Shown one piece after another: positions 59,001-64,000 of a DNA stretch of 64,000 nucleotides. The position numbers were made by a program, and so were the translations under genes. How positions within the stretch are numbered: the stretch's first letter is position 1; every line of letters begins with the position of its first letter. The notes under the pieces were generated by a model. The model ran no database searches and was not told the DNA's origin. It saw only the letters and a list, made by a program, of their open reading frames with translations. Origin of the DNA: Phallusia mammillata (taxonomy: Eukaryota). The stretch is from assembly GCA_965637545.1 (NCBI GenBank), contig OZ281501.1, positions 11,656,001 to 11,720,000 on the forward strand. The letters are read 5' to 3'.

Positions 59001-62000
59001 ACTTCCACGTCGGGTTGACATTGAACAGCCACTTCCCTCATCTGTTTGTCTCTGCCACCTTCAATCAATGTACCGAGCACCGGGTGGGGTTGGTTAAGCC
59101 CTGGGCGAACAAGTGCCTTTGTGGGTCCCAGCATTTGTTGCACTGTAACTGGTTCCCGCTTTTTTGACGGTGCAGTCGCAGGTGTGGACACAGGAGCAGA
59201 AAATTTTTGAGGCGAATCTTAAAATTTAATAAATTTAAAATTAACAAATAAGATACAAAAACATAATATACTTGCATGTAATACTAGGTATGTGCCAATA
59301 TATTACTTTCTTTTTATTTCTTGTAAAAATATATTTATTACGTCAAAGACTGCAACAAATAACATGTTCCTCAGTTAAAAACTAAACAAACTAGTGGTGT
59401 ACAGTATTATTGGAGAAACAATAAAACACTGCTACATATGTATGGTTCATACAAAAAAGTATTCAGGTATATGGCTACGGACATCAGTGTTACTAAATTA
59501 CAATTCTAAAGGGGTGAAATCAGGACGCAGCATGTGTAACACTCATTGCTTTTCTGGCTATTATTCACAATTATAAAGTGTACTAGCAATGTAAAAAAAT
59601 CCAACCTCTTTGTTCATCTTGGAGAAATGTCACAGTAAGTGGTTTAGAAAACAAAGACTTGGCTGGCAATCCTGATTCATGGTGCACATGAATTGTGATC
59701 CCTTCATCTGGAGAATTGTCTGAAACATGATATCATGTGGTTTATAAAGACAATAAGATCTTACTTTAATCATTTCAAAAGGTTGAACAGAAATTAAAAC
59801 CCCACCAAATGACCGCAAGGCATTTTGTTCTAGCTTGGCCAAATTTATGTGTAGTGAAGTGGGAAAATCCTTCAGAATTAAACTTTCTTTGTTATCCTGT
59901 TAAATCAAAAAATAATGTTTTTGTTATATTTTTCTTTCACAAATAATTTACAATTATTGTCAAAATACAAACTAACAGTTTTATTGGCATCCAGTTGTTT
60001 TGGGGTCATTGGTTGTGTGTGAGCTGCCCCACTTGGAGTCTTAGATCCAGGTCTGCGATTCTTTGAACAAAAATTTATGCCATTATGACCTGCAGCAAAT
60101 AAATCAACTGGGAACCAATCATGGTTTTTGTAATTTGAATTAAGTTTAAAAAATGCCCAATCCAGTAAGTAGTACTAAATATTAGATAGTTAGTAAGGAT
60201 TTTTAAACTGGATGTGTATCTGCATAAAAGGTCTGTCAACATCTTATGTTTTAATGCAGTGATTTGCCTCAAACTCTGATCAATTGTTGTTTACACAAAA
60301 TAAAGAGATTTTTAGGGAATAAAAGTTTACCCTCAGGTAAGTGTCATAATCCAAACCTATTGCTTCACCAGCCTGACTTCCACCAGGTGTGGTGTGGGTC
60401 TGAGATCGTAAGCTCATTTTTTTCAATTTTTGACTGAAAACAAAAAATAGATATTATACATTAGAACAAAATGAAACCAGTGGTTCCCAATTGGGAAGGA
60501 ATTTGAAAACTCAAGGGGAAATGTTTACTTTAATTTTTACATGTAACTTGTAGATTGACTCATATTCTCTGGGAGCATGACCTTTATAATTGATAAAAGA
60601 CCCAATTTTAAATGATCTTTTTATGGTTTAGGTAGCATTAGGGAGGAATAACATGTTTTGAGATGTTAGACCAGAAATTCATAGAAAAATGTTGGGAACT
60701 ACTGCCTTAAACAATTGATGTTCAGGTTGGTAACCTGGTAAAAAAAAACAATTGCCACCTTATTTCAAAAAAGCTAATTTTCTGTTTCCTTCTACTCAAA
60801 TGTCCTCTAATCCATCTTTGAATGACAATTACAGGAGACCCATGAACTAAGATTTGGTTTATGTCTGAAAGGATTTTCCTTACAGTTTTCATTTCCATTT
60901 CAATGGTTCTCTCTTGAACAGGCTGAAAATATGTCCATTTATTCAGAAAGAAAGACTTATGTGAGCAATCATCAAACCTCTGTTTCCTTGGGGCACAAAT
61001 CAACCATTAGTGCAGGATTTAAAGCAATGAAACGCTTAGAGAAAATTGCATCCTCTATGATTTCCTCATCACCAACAACATGATGATCAATTGCTTTCAG
61101 TGACCAAATTGTATTTACAGTATGATGTCTGCAAAAATGTTTATAATTCAGTATTCAAATCATGAAAAGTAACTCCAAAGAAAGTGAACAAGTTTCTGTG
61201 TAGTTACAATTAGTTTTACATTAAAAAACCCAATCATTATCACGAAAAATGAAATTGTTTTTGGTGATTAATGACATACAGCAAACCTGTAGTTATGTTT
61301 AAGGCTCAGAGGTGTGTCATAAAGTGTGAGAGCAACAAGACTTGGACATGCAGAAAGAGCTTGAACAGATTCCAGCTTTCCGATTCCATTGTCATGTAAA
61401 TTCAAAACCTGCAAACTTTCCATTTTTTCCCAGAATTGTTCATCTGGTAGTTTTGTAATCTAAAAATTTAATTGAATTTATATGCCTAAAGATGTATATG
61501 CCTGGACTAAATTAATAAGGCAAGTATTTGTGTACCTGATTACTGTGCAGGTCAAGTCGTATTAGACAAGGACAATTTTCAAGAGCATTAAATCTTGTCA
61601 GGTAGTTGTTATGAAGTATGCAAACTCTTAGATGTCGGCATGACTGAATGTGTCCCAAACTTCGAACGTGAAAGTTGGTTAAGTGAATGTATTCAATTTC
61701 CTTAAGTGACCGGGTTTGCTGGTTTGATGTTTTACACCTAAGAAAAAGTAAAAACAAAACATGAAAAGTTGTTTTTTATATATTTGGAGACTTTTTTCAG
61801 TTTGTCAATATTCAATGCTTGCTATGCACACAATAAAGTACAAATATTTCTACCTGTCCAATAAAAATGCCCTCGTTGGTGACATGAGATAACCACCTTC
61901 CACAGCCTGTCTTAATGCTGCATCTCCTAATCTTGTGTCAAATTTGGACTGCAGTCGTCCATCTCTTTGCTTCTTTCTGGAAGATGTTTGGCCTTGTTTG

Positions 62001-62098
62001 TTACTTTGTTGTGAAGGCAAGTCTGGTTTTGTGACACCAACCGATTTGGCCAGTAGGCTAATGTCAAACCCTTGTTCAGGTCCATTCACAGCCATCAT
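56042..62098 (-). CDS. LRRIQ3: Leucine-rich repeat and IQ domain-containing protein 3
   Basis: Clear exons 62098-61854, 61737-61536, 61459-61287, 61128-60978, 60922-60759, 60433-60331, 60174-59977, 59217-58931 and terminal 56320-56042; several internal junctions only approximate. Motifs SCRHLRVCILHNN, LDLHSNQ, LSACPSLVALTLYDTPLS, IWSLKAIDHHVV.DEEII, SPVIVIQRWIRGHL (IQ) match LRRIQ3 as I recall it. An upstream coding exon near 62416-62525 is possible. Confidence 0.88.
58129..58459. mobile_element. hAT/Charlie-type MITE (331 bp)
   Basis: 16-bp TIR CAGGGGTTCCCAAACT / AGTTTGGGAACCACTG (one mismatch), 8-bp TSD GGCTAATA. Confidence 0.93.
60478..60704. mobile_element. Old Charlie-type MITE related to the ends of 20934-26626
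   Basis: Ends CAGTGGTTCCCAA and TTGGGAACTACTG, GGAGGAAT motifs; TSD degraded. Confidence 0.65.
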
Positions 62099-62699
62099 GC
62101 ACAAAGAAACTACTTCATTTTTAGTTTCAAAACAACCTATATTTATTGAAAAATATTGGTTAGTAACTAAATCATTTTTTCTTCACTTATGACAGGCCAA
62201 TTTGTTGACAAACAGTTACAAATTATCTTTAACCCATCTCTCATGCATACCTAAACTTTTTTCTAATTTTTTTATTGATTTTTGTATCACTAGCCTCAGT
62301 TTGCAACTTTGCAAATATCGATTTACTTTCACAAAATTCTTTTTACTTTTAAACTGTACTTTTTGCCACTGGCCTTAGTTTTCAAAACATCCATTTCCTT
62401 TCAGAACATTCTCACCTTGCTTCCAGTTGAATTGTTTTAATGGATGCTTTTGATACTTTTCCTTTTAATTTTTGCAAACCTCGTTCTGAATGTAAGCCCA
62501 TCTTTGTGAAACCTGACGACTCCATTAAACTCCATTAAACTCTTCTTTGTCCTGACTAATTGTAAACAATATTTTATTTAAAATTCATTCTTATTCATGT
62601 TTTTAATGCATGGACAGCTGACTGAGGACGTGGATACTAAAAACTAAGTAAAATCCCAACTTGCTAAACATTTTTAAAATTCCCCTTACTTGAAGATAC

Positions 62700-62713
62700 A
62701 TTACCATGGTTAC
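62700..62713 (-). promoter_or_regulatory. Putative RFX X-box upstream of LRRIQ3
   Basis: GTAACCATGGTAAT matches GTNRCCATGGYAAC at 13 of 14 positions, at the edge of a CpG-rich patch ~600 bp upstream of the inferred ATG. Confidence 0.55.
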
Positions 62714-63668
62714 AACAGACAGCTTGTCGCGTATCGCTGTCGCCTGTCAGCTTTTTCGGGTGAAAGTACAAAATATTTATTTACATTCTCATGTTAGATG
62801 ATTCAGGAATTTGGAAACGAAATTTAACATCGAATTTATCACACTGTCATTTGACTTTATCATCTTGTCCCTTTTTGCTGGAATATCGGTGTGATGAACA
62901 GGTGTATGTACTCGTTAAACTCACTTTCAAAATCTATTTCACTCTGTCGGTTAGTGTTGCTTACTCAGCAGAAAGCCTGGTAGCAATGTGGGCGAGTGGT
63001 TTACCACGCTTGCACCAACACAAAGATACTGTTTTGATCCAGATAGTATCATTAACCGCTTGTCAGATGTAAAAACCGCATCTTCGATTTCTTTTTTGGT
63101 TAAATGACCTTTCTTGTCTATTGATGTTGTGTGTTAATTTACGGTAACAAACAAAATTTCTTTCAGTACTAGGATTCGACTTTTTGGTAACAGCGGCATG
63201 GAAAAGGTCGCCATCTCCAAAAACGTTTTCTTGCAACATTACTGTAGCAATCAGCAGTCAAGCATAACAGTGTTCTCGGTCATCATGTGTACGTTCTGTT
63301 CGACACATTGTGTGTAAACAAAGCAAAATACACAGGAGATACAAGTTTAACAATAAAGATAGTGTATTGTATTGTATTGTATTAATTTTGAAACCGTGCA
63401 TGAAAATGGTACATAGGAATACGAAAACACTACACTAGCGCCACGGAATCGGGAAACAGCCGCAAAAACCTCGCGGTTGAAAATACGCCAATGTCAAAAT
63501 TTTTACAAAAAAGGACATAATATTGTCAGACGCAGCAGCCGCACCCTTAAAAAGACTACGTTATAAACAGTAACGAACGAAATTTAAAATGAATAAAAAA
63601 CAAAACAAAAACACACAAATTTATTTACACTGTACAACACAAGTAAGAATTTAAACACAAAAGTTGTT

Positions 63669-63779
63669 CTAAGTGAATTTGTCAGCACATTTTCTTGGGT
63701 CGGCACTCCTGTTCCTGTTGGTTTTGGATGCTCCTCTCACGAATAGTTCGAATTGTTTAACTTGGACATGGAGATGAGG
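63669..63779 (-). CDS. Probable terminal coding exon of an unidentified gene outside the window
   Basis: Pyrimidine tract plus CAGTAG acceptor, open frame PHLHVQVKQFELFVRGASKTNRNRSADPRKCADKFT-stop, AATAAA about 45 nt downstream. A possible preceding exon lies near 63870-63926. Confidence 0.35.
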   Translation of the reverse strand, partial: PHLHVQVKQFELFVRGASKTNRNRSADPRKCADKFT

Positions 63780-64000
63780 CTACTGAAAAAGAATACTACA
63801 AGCAGCATTGTTTGTCCTTATCTGAGGCAACAAGAATTAACATTTTTAAACACTAAGTATATAATTACAGAATGTGCAGTGAAAGTGCACAGTACCAAAT
63901 CATGGTGTTGTTGGCTGCTGTTTTTCTAGTAGTAAATTTTTAGTTAGTTTTATAAACAATTTTTTTGACATAGGTACATCATTAAATTTCAAGTCATTCT

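Noticed and set aside
62098-63669. Operon-like linkage of LRRIQ3 with the upstream same-strand gene
   Set aside because: A gap of about 1 kb with its own CpG patch and X-box suggests an independent promoter.

Overview
AT-rich, intron-dense invertebrate animal DNA. A tunicate (ascidian) is the best guess, from chordate-like intron positions in Beclin-1, short introns and alternating CpG-poor and CpG-rich blocks; the species cannot be fixed from sequence alone. Spliced genes rebuilt by hand from GT-AG junctions and reading-frame phase, left to right: a partial LRR-transmembrane receptor (minus); a divergently transcribed secreted LRR protein with an acidic Tyr-rich tail (plus); Beclin-1 (minus); a FUBP/KHSRP/PSI-type KH protein (minus) whose introns host six C/D snoRNAs in three paralogous pairs and one H/ACA candidate; a divergent IP6K-family kinase (minus) with tRNA-Ser(AGA) just upstream; a BTB/C2H2 zinc-finger gene (plus); LRRIQ3 (minus); and a probable terminal exon of another gene. 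Accessory DNA includes about a dozen hAT-type MITE copies (most with 8-bp TSDs), a 4.0-kb Ty3/gypsy element with one premature stop nested in a Charlie-type element, two Helentron-like elements and an 83-bp satellite upstream of Beclin-1. The strongest leads are the snoRNA array with unassigned guides, a duplicated decoy splice acceptor in Beclin-1, a furin-cleavable Tyr/acidic tail on the secreted LRR protein, and a 7-residue deletion next to the IP6K signature motif. All comparisons to reference sequences are from memory, not from database searches.
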